Positions 25,533 to 37,767 of a stretch of 64,000 bases of DNA are shown piece after piece. This stretch comes from Laetmonice hystrix. Taxonomy: Eukaryota. Position 1 is the stretch's first letter; every line of letters starts with the position of its first letter. Location: the NCBI GenBank assembly GCA_965235115.1, contig OZ249444.1, positions 26,536,001 to 26,600,000 on the forward strand, written 5' to 3'. Position numbers and translations under genes: made by a program. The notes below the pieces were generated by a model. That model was given only the letters and a program-made list of their open reading frames with translations, had not been told where the DNA came from and ran no database searches.

Positions 25533-25569
25533 GAAACCACTAACCCATGTTTCATGGGTTAGTGGTTTC
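25533..25569. repeat. Perfect inverted repeat: 17-bp arms, 3-nt loop
   Basis: GAAACCACTAACCCATG-TTT-CATGGGTTAGTGGTTTC. Confidence 0.95.
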
Positions 25570-26181
25570 ACTCCCAGCGTTCCGAGCGTCAATTATAAAG
25601 GAACCGGAAGTAAACCCAAGCGATGACCTTCACTGACCTTCAGAACCTTTCCAGCTTTATCAACATAAGCAAATACATTACTCAGGGTGGGTGCTGTCAT
25701 AACCCAAGGTGAGAAAGCTTACTGCTCTGTAAGCTACGCTTTTGTCAGAGGTCAGTGTAAATTCTCTTCAGTCCACGGTGAAGTCCATGCAGTCACATTA
25801 CGGAGGATATATCTGTTCTTAACTAAGACCATCAGACAATCAGAATAATAGGAGTGGTCTTTTTTTCTTCTTTTTTTTTACCAGTCTATTATTTCATTAA
25901 AAGGTGTCTCGATAAACTGATAACTTGAATCTCGAGGTCTTTGTGTATTTAGACAAGAAAGCAGTCTGTTATATCGCTGGCCCATAAACTCCCATGCGTG
26001 CTCCCTTCTCATTGATAGTATTGATGTTATTGGCTTAATAGAGCTCACGTTATATTAAGTATGATCGCCTAATGAAGAATGATCAATATAACATGGGACG
26101 CCATTGGGTGTTCCGGTTATGACTTGATTCTGTTCTAAATTATCCGGAGAATCGTCATGGGTACTATGGATGTGGTTCACT

Positions 26182-26332
26182 NNNNNNNNNNNNNNNNNNN
26201 NNNNNNNNNNNNNNNNNNNNNNNNNNNNNNNNNNNNNNNNNNNNNNNNNNNNNNNNNNNNNNNNNNNNNNNNNNNNNNNNNNNNNNNNNNNNNNNNNNNN
26301 NNNNNNNNNNNNNNNNNNNNNNNNNNNNNNNN
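26182..26332. other. Assembly gap (N run)
   Basis: Run of N. Confidence 1.
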
Positions 26333-26439
26333 GATTCATAGACAAACTACATGTATAACATAGGTAGGTTAGTTTAGGAGTGGTCGCCCGTGTTCTGCTT
26401 GTAACAATCGAACCTTGTGATCCTTGAGCCGGACTGTTT

Positions 26440-26550
26440 ATCTAAGTATCTGCTAACTGTAGAAAGACGGAGAATGATCTAAGTATCTGCTAACTGTAGA
26501 AAGACGGAGAATGATCTAAGTATCTGCTAACTGTAGAAAGACGGAGAATG
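26440..26550. repeat. Tandem repeat, 37-bp unit, 3 copies
   Basis: ATCTAAGTATCTGCTAACTGTAGAAAGACGGAGAATG x3. Confidence 0.93.
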
Positions 26551-27717
26551 AAAATAACAACGCTGCAGAGTTGCACTTTTCTTGCGACCTATTTACTTTC
26601 GCAGCTGTGTACATGACGAATAGCGGAGCTGGCCGCGTCACTTGAGCGCTAATTTCGCGCAGTCCGCCTATACAATCTGGCCTGCTTCCCATCCCACAGC
26701 CAGGCCCAATATTTTATTTGGCGCGAATCAATGAATATTACCATCGCGTTTTCACGCACCATTAATTGTGATATTCGCCGGCCTGAGTGATGAAAGGGAC
26801 ACGAGTCTGTCGACTTCGGGAGCTGAAGGCGTAAAATGTCGGACACCCGACTCGTGCCAGCCGCTGGGAGAGGAGACAGAGCTAGGCTGCCATTGGCCAT
26901 CAGTGGCGCAGTGAGCAGGTCTACCCCCCACCACTCCACCACGCCTGGCTCCCCACTCTCCCAGCCAGTCCAGCCAGCCTCCCTAACATGTAGCCATGCG
27001 GATGATAGAGTTGTAGTGTGTGCCGCATACCATGGTGACATTTGTGAGGTGACTTGTTTTATCTGGGTATGATGAAGTGGATTATTTGTTATCAAGTGAT
27101 TACTACAACATATTACTGACGACTGACTGACCAACCACCCTCCCTCCATGTCCTCTAGAACTCATTCTCCACAGGCTAACACGTACCATTCACAACCTAC
27201 AATGACCTACTACATAGCTATTGTAATACATAGCTACTCTGATTAACTAAGAGATTATTACGACGATTAAAGAGACGGCTCCTTTACAGGGCGAGAAAGT
27301 ATGACAAGTGCATTAAACTAGCATACTTCGTTACTTGGTAGGATTCGCAATTTGGATTTCCAGGAACTTGGATGAAAAAAATCTTCAAACGATAAAGCGG
27401 AATATTTTGATTAAGTGTTCTGTGTCCAGTGATCCGTGACCGAATTGTTTACGCCTGGAGTACTGATACATGTAAGTAAGTGCCAGCACGGCTGTGATCG
27501 ACCTTGTGCGCCTGGTAAGGCTTGTTTTGATCCCTTGTAGGTCGCGTGTACTCCCCGCCTCCATGGAGAGTAGGGACGCTGGCTAGTGTCGCACGAGTTC
27601 CGGGGGGCGAAGGTCGGCGCGGCTGGCTAATGGCGAGTTCGCACCGCAGCGGATGCCGGCGACAATATCGACGCCGACGTTTTATTTTATGGTGGATAGT
27701 TTTTAATGGGATAAATC

Positions 27718-27809
27718 ACACCGCCACCGATGCTGACATTGACGTTCGTTACCGGGTGTTCACACCGCCACCGATGCTGACATTGACGTTCGTTACCGGG
27801 TGTTCACAC
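27718..27809. repeat. Tandem duplication, 44 bp x2
   Basis: ACACCGCCACCGATGCTGACATTGACGTTCGTTACCGGGTGTTC twice. Confidence 0.93.
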
Positions 27810-29570
27810 TGATGCCGATGTACTGCGATACAACCGTTGGCGTCATTCTCGTTGTCGCTGCGGGCGTCGCATGTGGTGTGAACTCCGCCATTGATCGTCC
27901 TGGTTCCAGTGGGTCAGAGCGTCCGTCCATCCATCCGTCCCCATAGAATACAGGATCGTCATCTTCTCCAACACGACAGATGTTGACCTTCCCACACCCT
28001 CAACCCCCCACACCCTGCCAACCCCCACCCCTCCCTCCACCCTGGTAAACCTTCAACTGTGGATGGGTCGGGGTACAGCAGAGACTCCGTATTAGTGTAG
28101 CTTGGTCCTTTCTATGGTTGACGTTAAATCATAATAGGGGCATGAGAATGTGCATGGTCGTACTGTGCATACAGTGCATGCAATACATGCATGCATGCAT
28201 GCAGAGAGACATGCCTGCATGCAGGCAGACACACGGACAGGCAGGCAGGCAGACAGACAGGCATATACTTAGTATCGCACAAATTAAATAAATACTGTCC
28301 AATCACCAGCCCAGATTTCAGTCTCTGTGAGGGACTGTTTCCAGTTTTAAACACTCCTTCCAGAATGTAACTCCGGAAATCTCATTGGTACATCTCAAAA
28401 GGCCTTCCAGGATATTTCTTTGTGAAGAGTCAGGGAATAAGTTTAACATCTTACGTCCTTTCCCATCTAATCATGACAAAAGTGATATGTATACACAAGT
28501 TGTGGTTGATTGACCTTGGACCAGATGTTCCCGTGACCTTGGGCTTATATTGTTAACATAATGAAGCAGTCGATAATACAATGTGTTGCGTAATGAAACA
28601 TCGACTTTATAGACAGAATGAACATGTAAGGTATTCTGTGAAACTATACGACAGTCAGCCTGATCCACACAGACATAACATTACCAGCCATTGGTGTCCG
28701 ACTATACTGAGATCGGTTCCCTGTCAACTGTTTAACTGGTATAGTTAAGACCAAGCGGATAGATGGTCAGAGACACCGCTAGATAATCAGATGGGTATGC
28801 ATAGAAGTACTATACATTTGCAACATACATAATTGGTTCATATAATCACACTAAGCTAAACGTAATGACATATAAATAAAATGTATAGCTTGGCATGATG
28901 ATCATTCTCCTGATGTTTATTGGATGTATTTGCATGCATTCCAAGGACGAAGACAATGTTAAACCTATGTTTCAGAAACACTCGCCATATTCCCCACTAA
29001 AAGATGCCCCCTTATTTCCAGAAATGAGGACACGGCCAAGCCTGGATTCCCCTCGTCCCCACTGCTGCCTGATTCTGCCGCTGATCTCCACTTGAAGACA
29101 AAGATCGCTGTTCTCCAGTCCCCAGTCTGAGCAAGAGTTAGCCCCCTGACGCCCTATTCTAGACCGGGCCACACGCCGCGCTCTCAGACCCATGCCGCTG
29201 TCACTCGACTCTTTAAGAACCGCACAAGACACAGCTAATTTGGTGGCAAATACGCGCATCCTCATGGCGGCCTTGCTCCATTAGCGACGTGTTTGGACTG
29301 GCGTTCAAGGACATAAGATTGCTTATCAAAGTCATTGCACTGCAAGTCGACCTGAACCAAGCACTATAGTCTATGCTGGATCCTAGACAGATAGGCTTTT
29401 GTCGACTTAATGTAAGACACAAACAGTTTTTTTTATCCCACAGGCCTTGGGAAAAAAGGAAAATACCATGAGTCGTCTAGCCGTTAGAATACATAACAGA
29501 AGAGTTTTGAAGTTCGACTTTCAAACGCAGCACGTTTAGTGAATCCGTCAGACGTTTGCAGATTACGATG

Positions 29571-30324
29571 TCCAGTAGAATTCATGAGAAATACATTCAC
29601 TTTGCATCAAACCATTTGTTAAACATAATTTTGTCCAGTAGAATTCATGAGAAATACATTCACTCTGCATCAAGCCATTTGTTAAACATAATTTTGTCCA
29701 GTAGAATTCATGAGAAATACATTCACTTTGCATCAAACCATTTGTTAAACATAATTTTGTCCAGTAGAATTCATGAGAAATACATTCACTTTGCATCAAA
29801 CCATTTGTTAAACATAATTTTGTCCAGTAGAATTCATGAGAAATACATTCACTCTGCATCAAGCCATTTGTTAAACATAATTTTGTCCAGTAGAATTTCT
29901 GAGAAATACATTCACTCTGCATCAAGCCATTTGTTAAACATAATTTTGTCCAGTAGAATTCATGAGAAATACATTCACTTTGCATCAAACCATTTGTTAA
30001 ACATAATTTTGTCCAGTAGAATTCATGAGAAATACATTCACTTTGCATCAAACCATTTGTTAAACATAATTTTGTCCAGTAGAATTCATGAGAAATACAT
30101 TCACTCTGCATCAAGCCATTTGTTAAACATAATTTTGTCCAGTAGAATTCATGAGAAATACATTCACTCTGCATCAAGCCATTTGTTAAACATAATTTTG
30201 TCCAGTAGAATTCATGAGAAATACATTCACTCTGCATCAAGCCATTTGTTAAACATAATTTTGTCCAGTAGAATTTCTGAGAAATACATTCACTCTGCAT
30301 CAAGCCATTTGTTAAACATAATTT
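29571..30324. repeat. Minisatellite, 63-bp unit, 12 copies
   Basis: TCCAGTAGAATTCATGAGAAATACATTCACTTTGCATCAAACCATTTGTTAAACATAATTTTG; explains the 302-aa and 246-aa ORFs. Confidence 0.96.
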
Positions 30325-31591
30325 CGGATACTACAGCAGCCATAACGATTAACAGTATGTCTTTTATGGAGGCCTATGCTCTTGCCATTTTAAATGGACT
30401 TACATCAAAACCAAAGATATCTTTTCACTTGTCCTTTTACTTTAGTTCTTTGAATCCTCTTTGACTTGACGACCCATGCAGACCCATGGACAACACGACA
30501 TATTCCTACATGCTGACGGCGGTTAGTGTCCTTGTTTTCAAACTGAGAGGTCATTCTCCGGCCGGTACATATATCATAGATCTGTGCAGGCGTCTTGGAG
30601 ACAGGGTGGTGGAGTTAGTGTGCCCTGGACTGGTCAATGTTCACCTATACAGGGGTATATCCAGGGGCCGTGCCCACTGCTCATGCGCCCGGCCATGTGC
30701 CCTATAGCTTCACGCCTTCGGCACCCCTGGCCTGGATTCATAAAATGGTGTCTTTATCAATTCCATTGGTCTTTGGTCGGCGGAGCCGGGCGGGTGGGTT
30801 TTGGGGGGTGGGGGGTGGGGGTGGGGGATCCACTGCGGTTTAGTTTCACGCTCCAAGCCCATCCTGTATGAGTCTACCAGCCACAACCCCCCCCCTCCCC
30901 CCCTCCCCCCCCCCTCCCCCCCCCCCTCCCCCCACGGTTTTCCCAGATTGTAGATTGTCTCGTGAAAATAATATGGCTGGCTGGCAGAGGGGATGCCTTG
31001 ACCACGGTCGAGAGTTCTCCTGTGTGCTAAGGTTCTGGAGACACTGGCACACACAGGAGGACATTAGGTTGCCATCGAACTTATCCGCAAACCCACAGCG
31101 GTACCTTCTGGTACAAATGTTCTGTAGTCAGGTATTCATTCCATCTTTTAATTACAGAAAAAAGGCGAAATTCTCAAACAGCAAAATACGCATAGGAAAG
31201 TTGACCCCTAAAGCACCATGGCCAAACTCCACACAGACATATAACCGGAAACGACTGCATCCCTCCGACGGAAGCGCGAGTTCGCTGCCTTGGTAATCGA
31301 CGTGATATGAGAGTTGTGATTTGTGATTAGGCTACAATGAATGTATATCTTGTGCATGACGAACCACCTCCTGTATGACTATTTCCAGGAGCGGCCCCGA
31401 CTTCTCACGGAGAGAAAGAATAAAACCATACGCCCTCAAAAAAAGACTTCCCCCCCCAAAAAAAAAAATATGAAAAAGGAGATTCTTAGTTATCTTCCGA
31501 TACGTCCTACTTTTCGCACGCATCTCGTTTTTTTGTTGTTTTTGTTTTTTTAAAGGATTCTTTCGCCTCAACCACACCCACACCCGCCCCA

Positions 31592-31909
31592 NNNNNNNNN
31601 NNNNNNNNNNNNNNNNNNNNNNNNNNNNNNNNNNNNNNNNNNNNNNNNNNNNNNNNNNNNNNNNNNNNNNNNNNNNNNNNNNNNNNNNNNNNNNNNNNNN
31701 NNNNNNNNNNNNNNNNNNNNNNNNNNNNNNNNNNNNNNNNNNNNNNNNNNNNNNNNNNNNNNNNNNNNNNNNNNNNNNNNNNNNNNNNNNNNNNNNNNNN
31801 NNNNNNNNNNNNNNNNNNNNNNNNNNNNNNNNNNNNNNNNNNNNNNNNNNNNNNNNNNNNNNNNNNNNNNNNNNNNNNNNNNNNNNNNNNNNNNNNNNNN
31901 NNNNNNNNN
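31592..31909. other. Assembly gap (N run)
   Basis: Run of N. Confidence 1.
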
Positions 31910-33252
31910 CCTCCGATCTGTTTCAATAGGCTGGTATGTGTAGGCCTGCCGTACGGGGCCAGCAGACCCACGTACGCCGGTCGCGCAGCCCTCGCTCCAG
32001 CTTCCCGGTTCATGAATACGACTGATGCGGCCGCATTGCATGAGTCGCGCCCGTTTTGTTCGTGCCTAATGAAGCTAATTAGTCGACATTAAAGACGCTG
32101 CAGGTATATGACTATGGATGACATGATCCTCAAAGACGCGGGAGAATGAGGGTATCAAAGATTGGTGGCGGCACCCCGTCCCCCGCTCTCCGGGCCGACT
32201 CGACTGTTAGTTTTTCACATACTTGGTCTGACGCGTAGGGAAGTATCTAGATGTCTGCGTGCAGGCCTGGTGTACGACTTCCGCCTTCACGGCCACTTTG
32301 ACCGTGTAAAGGAGGCAGGAAGGAAGAGGGCCCTAATCGTGTAGTAGTTATAGGCGATGCGTGATGTGGAACTGGCCCCGGTTTCAGAAAGGCTCTAAGC
32401 AGAGAAGATAAGAAGGGCTACGGTGGCCCACAAGGACATGAGAGATAGGTAAACAAAATTGGTTGTTCGCTTTCATTGCTGCAAGAAGTGGCAAGAGTGC
32501 TATTCCTATACTATAGTGTGGCATGCCTGGGCTTTGCACTCTGGAACACCAGGGACAACTCTAGAAGGGGACCCACACAGCTAAGATCCACACGCCCTAA
32601 CCGTTTTACCAACATGTCTACCAATAACCTTCCTTCACCATCTCGCTGTTATTTCAGTAAACTCCAAGCCGGGCGTCCGCCTGGTATATGGACTTGACAT
32701 CTACGTAAGGTCGTATTGTACATCACTGCGTGCTTGGATGACCCTGAAGACAAAGCTTGGCTGTTCAGTTGATATTATTGGACCTACAAGGTCGTACAGA
32801 AATAACCGGGCCTGTCTCACTTTGTGTCTGCCACCCTCAGAACTGCCAGCTTCCGGTCGGTCCTGCCATTGTAATCATAAAAACCAGGAGCTCAAGGTTC
32901 TCTATGTCCTACTATGACGTCATCGCGCTGATGAGCGGTTTTTCCTTATTCTTATAAGTGAAAAAACAAGCTCGCCGCAAAACAAAAGAGAAAAAAAAGG
33001 AATTACGTTTAACACTCTCCTGGAATGTGACACCGGATATAGACGATACATCTATTCTGACTCGCTAATGTTTTAAGTTGTTAGAAACTTTTGCATCCAG
33101 AGGCATGTCAGTAGGGCTGAGCTCCAAGGACAGGAAGACAGGCAACAGAGAACAAAAGATCTAAGTCCGGGACTGAACGTCAGGACTAGCAAAACCAGAC
33201 TATGATCTCTGTACACAGAGTAAGAAACAACGGAACGATCGGCTTAGGAAAC

Positions 33253-34156
33253 GATGAGAGCCTACTACAGACTGAATTCACGATAAGGTCTGGTCAAAGA
33301 CATTTAATAAGTCAGGTATCAATTCACGAGAAAAAGATGAGAGCCTACTACAGACTGCAGTCACGGGAACGCCTGGTCAAAGACATTTAATAGGTCACGT
33401 ATCATTCACGAGAAAAAGATGAGAGCCTACTACAGACTGCAGTCACGGTAAGGTCTGGTCAAAGACATTTAATAGGTCAGGTATCAATTCACGAGAAAAA
33501 GATGAGAGCCTACTACAGACTGCAGTCACGGGAACGCCTGGTCAAAGACATTTAATAGGTCACGTATCATTCACGAGAAAAAGATGAGAGCCTACTACAG
33601 ACTGCAGTCACGGTAAGGTCTGGTCAAAGACATTTAATAGGTCAGGCATCATTCACGAGAAAAAGATGAGAGCCTACTACAGACTGCAGTCACGGGAACG
33701 CCTGGTCAAAGACATTTAATAGGTCAGGTATCAATTCACGAGAAAAAGATGAGAGCCTACTACAGACTGCAGTCACGGTAAGGTCTGGTCAAAGACATTT
33801 AATAGGTCACGTATCAATTCACGAGACAAAGATGAGAGCCTACTACAGACTGCAGTCACGGGAAGGTCTGGTCAAAGACATTTAATAGGTCAGGTATCAA
33901 TTCACGAGACAAAGATGAGAGCCTACTACAGACTGCAGTCACGGGAAGGTCTGGTCAAAGACATTTAATAGGTCACGTATCAATTCACGAGAAAAAGATG
34001 AGAGCCTACTACAGACTGCAGTCACGGTAAGGTCTGGTCAAAGACATTTAATAGGTCAGGTATCAATTCACGAGAAAAAGATGAGAGCCTACTACAGACT
34101 GCAGTCACGGGAACGTCTGGTCAAAGACATTTAATAGGTCACGTATCATTCACGAG
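33253..34156. repeat. Tandem repeat, about 83-bp unit, about 11 copies
   Basis: GATGAGAGCCTACTACAGACTGCAGTCACGGTAAGGTCTGGTCAAAGACATTTAATAGGTCAGGTATCAATTCACGAGAAAAA in tandem. Confidence 0.95.
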
Positions 34157-36586
34157 GCACATATGAAATGGAAGAGAGATGAAAAAATGCTTCCCACTTG
34201 AAGAATGTCAAGCTGAAACCCTAACGTTAGTGGCGAGATATTGTACATTGACACTTCAATGGTTTTAAGCATTGGCTCATGTAACTGAGACGAACAACGC
34301 CTGCCCTCTTGAACAAAAAATGAACAATTGGTCCTCTGGTCGAATGATTGAGAGTGGGAATTTGTCAGTGGCCAGTCAAGAGAGAAAAGGCGATCGGTTA
34401 GCAGATTGCCTCGAGCCATTAGTTGTATTGTTTTAATCTAGAGTCTGTGTAGATGGAGCCACTGGTACCACAGCCGACACACCGAGCAGCGGTTCGATCA
34501 TTGATCCAGCGTCTACTTGGCTCTTGTTGACTTGGCTTCTCGGCTGGGCACGGCCAACGTCGTTCAGTTGTAAACTTGCTCTGTGGCCGCCACTTCATAA
34601 CTCTTGTTTATTGTAACATCACTCAGGCGTTTAACAAGCTTGTCGTCGCTGTATCTATATGAGGGGACGTTGGTGGTTGGTGGGTGGGCGGTGGGTGGGT
34701 GTGCGCAGGCGTAAAATGTCCATGACGTCACCTCCCGGAAGTCGAACGTTTTAAGAGGTCATTTTAAAATGCCTTCCCATGATGCCGTGTATGGTTTCTT
34801 CGCCAGTAATATGCCTGGTTCTATTGGCTTCCAACCATTTATTTCCAACACCTTATATAACGAGGACATTCTCACAGACACAAACGCCAAGGTCGATCCT
34901 GTATTGACGTTAAGTTGAGAAGATCCATTATTTACTTATCAATACGACATCCACCATTACTTTACCCATTCATGGGTACCATCTCTACCGCAGTGAACTC
35001 TGGGTAGTAAAGTTCTCATCATCAGAAACCAGCATCGACTGAGTTATCGGTCAGGTAGACCATGTGTACCCGATATGGCTTTATTCAAGCTGTACAAATT
35101 CTATCGACAGTTTACACTGAGACGCCAACGCTTGGCGTGCCCAGCGCGGTGGGGAGGTGGGGCTGCCAGCTGCAGGTAGGCATCACCTAGCGGGCGGGGG
35201 CCTACATTACTCGGCTAACACTGCCTAATGTTTGCTCTTTGTCGATGATACGCTGGCATATCAGGAATCAATGCTGGGGATCTACTGGGTGCCATTGAGT
35301 GCACGTGTCTTTCTCTTCCGTAAAATACCTGAACTTTAGTTAACGTTTAGGCTCCACACACCCTGCCCACTATTCACCACAAGTTATAGTTGTTAAAGCA
35401 ATAGTTGATTTAATGATGGATTCTACCTAAATGGTCCATGCAACGTCTCTACTGAACTGGAGCTGCTCTATTTAATTACGAGTATGACAGATCGTGAAAA
35501 TCCTTTGTTGTGTAGTAATAACGCAAACAGTAGCTAAAGGTTAGCTGATACTGGAAGGACACCAGAAGATTTCTCGTTACAGTCAGTCACCATGGTTCTG
35601 TATTAGCGAGCCATACCATGGCCTTATATTGATTCATACATATGACAGCTAGGCCAAAAGTATTGCTGCATGTTAAAAGTTCTGGTATAACATTTAGCAT
35701 CAAGAACTCTCCTCGACGGAGGAGGAGAAGCGCTGTCATGATGGTGTCTATAGGTGTTCACCCAACACCAAGCAGGACAGGAATCGACATACTTGAAAAT
35801 AAGATGGGAAAACTACTGGATAGAGAAGAGATGATGATGTTCATAGCGCCCTATATCCTAATCCTTTAATATTATGAGGGTTTTAATATAATCTTGGTCG
35901 AGGTTTGATCATGAAGAGGATTTTTTTAGCGGGCTTTCCTGCCCAAGCCAGCAGTAACCCCAATCGGTCTCTCAATCAGAGCCGCTCGCTACACAAACTC
36001 GAATTTTGTTCTCTCTTGCACTGTGTCATCATTTATTTGTCATAAAACGTCGATTTCGAAACATCGGCTGCCACATTTTTAAAGACGGGGCTTAACATGT
36101 TCCTCACTGTCAGCATCTTGCCCTGTTTAATTAACAAATCACTGTCAACCCTAATGCCATGGGACCTCATTAGCGGACAATGGCGGGTGAATTTACTCCG
36201 GGCCTCGAGTGGGCTGGCGAAGTCTTCATCTTTTGGCCGAGGTTCATTCTTTCCGGTATCTACATCATGTGATTTGTTGTCAAGGACAAACAATACGACA
36301 GTCTGCGCTGTCACCTGCCAATGATTGTACGGCATGGTGGTGCGGCTTTGTGACTGCGTGTCTCTATGCCCTTTTGGTTGCCATAGCCGAACATGAAGAC
36401 AAGAAACGCTGAACGTCTTACGAACGTCTTCACGCCGTTAAGATGTGTGATACATCTGTGAACGACGTCATTTTCGTACTATGGTTACTAGCGACCGAGT
36501 GACAGACCCCAACTCTTCTTTTTGGCCGAAAGTCACCTTATACATAATACATTAGTCATTAATAAAACCCTATATTACCCAGTGAT

Positions 36587-36603
36587 TGACCTCAACTTGA
36601 CCT
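36587..36603 (-). promoter_or_regulatory. Perfect nuclear-receptor DR5 motif
   Basis: TGACCT-CAACT-TGACCT; motif match only. Confidence 0.3.
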
Positions 36604-36713
36604 CAACTTTGGCTAAACGTTAGCGAAGACAATGAGCTCGGCTAAAGGTGTTGTCATAGTTTGGACATGGGGGATTATTAGATTCATTATACTAGCCATG
36701 CATGTAGACAATC

Positions 36714-37172
36714 TGTCATATCGTGTATGTACATGTAAATGTGTTTTGAGATCCTGGTAGTCCTGTCGTCATGCCGTGTATGTACATGTAAATGTGTTTT
36801 GAGGTCCTGGTAGTCCTGTTGTCATGTCGTGTATGTACATGTAAATGTGTTTTGAGGTCCTGGTAGTCCTGTCGTCATGTCGTGTATGTACATGTAAATG
36901 TGTTTTGAGGTCCTAGTAGTCCTGTCGTCATGTCGTGTATGTACATGTAAATGTGTTTTGAGGTCCTAGTAGTCCTGTCGTCATGTCGTGTATGTACATG
37001 TAAATGTGTTTTGAGGTCCTAGTAGTCCTGTCGTCATGTCGTGTATGTACATGTAAATGTGTTTTGAGGTCCTAGTAGTCCTGTCGTCATGTCGTGTATG
37101 TACATGTAAATGTGTTTTGAGGTCCTAGTAGTCCTGTCGTCATGTCGTGTAGGGACATGTAAATGTGTTTTG
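36714..37172. repeat. Minisatellite, 53-bp unit, about 8.5 copies
   Basis: TCGTGTATGTACATGTAAATGTGTTTTGAGGTCCTAGTAGTCCTGTCGTCATG in tandem. Confidence 0.95.
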
Positions 37173-37440
37173 CTGTTCGGATAGACCTGTTCTGTATGTA
37201 AATATAAATGTATATTGAAATAAAAAAATATTAATAAAACAATGTAGACAATCTGCAATTCTCCCACTAGGAGATGAACTTGAAACGTAACTAGACCTGC
37301 AGATTGCAGGCAATCAGGTATCCCGTTCCTCTATGGGTGTATCTAGAAAGGCTGTGTAGGGCCTGAAAGAAAGTCAACCATCCCAGTAATGAACGTCGGA
37401 TACCAACAGACCACTAAACCACCTGTAGTATTAAAGTTGT

Positions 37441-37515
37441 CATGCGTGGGATTTGAACCTCAGACCCTTGGCATGAAAGTAAAAGTCCTACACTCTACCA
37501 CTGAGCCATCCATGC
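37441..37515 (-). mobile_element. tRNA-derived SINE head or tRNA pseudogene
   Basis: Minus strand has Pol III A-box TGGCTCAGTGG (37508-37498) and B-box GGTTCAAATCC (37459-37449) at tRNA spacing. T and acceptor stems are broken, so this is not an intact tRNA. Confidence 0.6.
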
Positions 37516-37722
37516 GCACACATAAATTGTAGAGTCTTGCTGTAAATGAATGGCCATAGCCATAGTAGTAAACAACGATCAATTACGTCATACCAGACTG
37601 AAGTCATAGCAGGCTTATAAAGGTTGCCTAGTGGAAAAAAGATATTTACCTAGATTACCAGGGCATTCAATTAAAAGGGCAAGAGTACTTTCAAGGTCAT
37701 AGCAGTCATTTCCGAAGGTCAG

Positions 37723-37724
<2 letters not shown>

Positions 37725-37763
<39 letters not shown>
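37725..37763. repeat. (CT)n microsatellite followed by CTAT repeats
   Basis: Direct read. Confidence 0.95.

Positions 37764-37767
<4 letters not shown>

Noticed and set aside
25380-31440. LINE RT-like fragments (EYLDLGLIL near 25450, ALQVDLNQAL near 29340, TERKNK near 31410) and an ORF1-like stretch at 14136-14411
   Set aside because: Short, interrupted by stops and not collinear; not distinguishable from chance by eye.
34447-34615. Plus-strand stretch resembling a GPI-signal exon (DPASTWLLLTWLLGW)
   Set aside because: Wrong strand for this AChE, weak acceptor and no partner exons.
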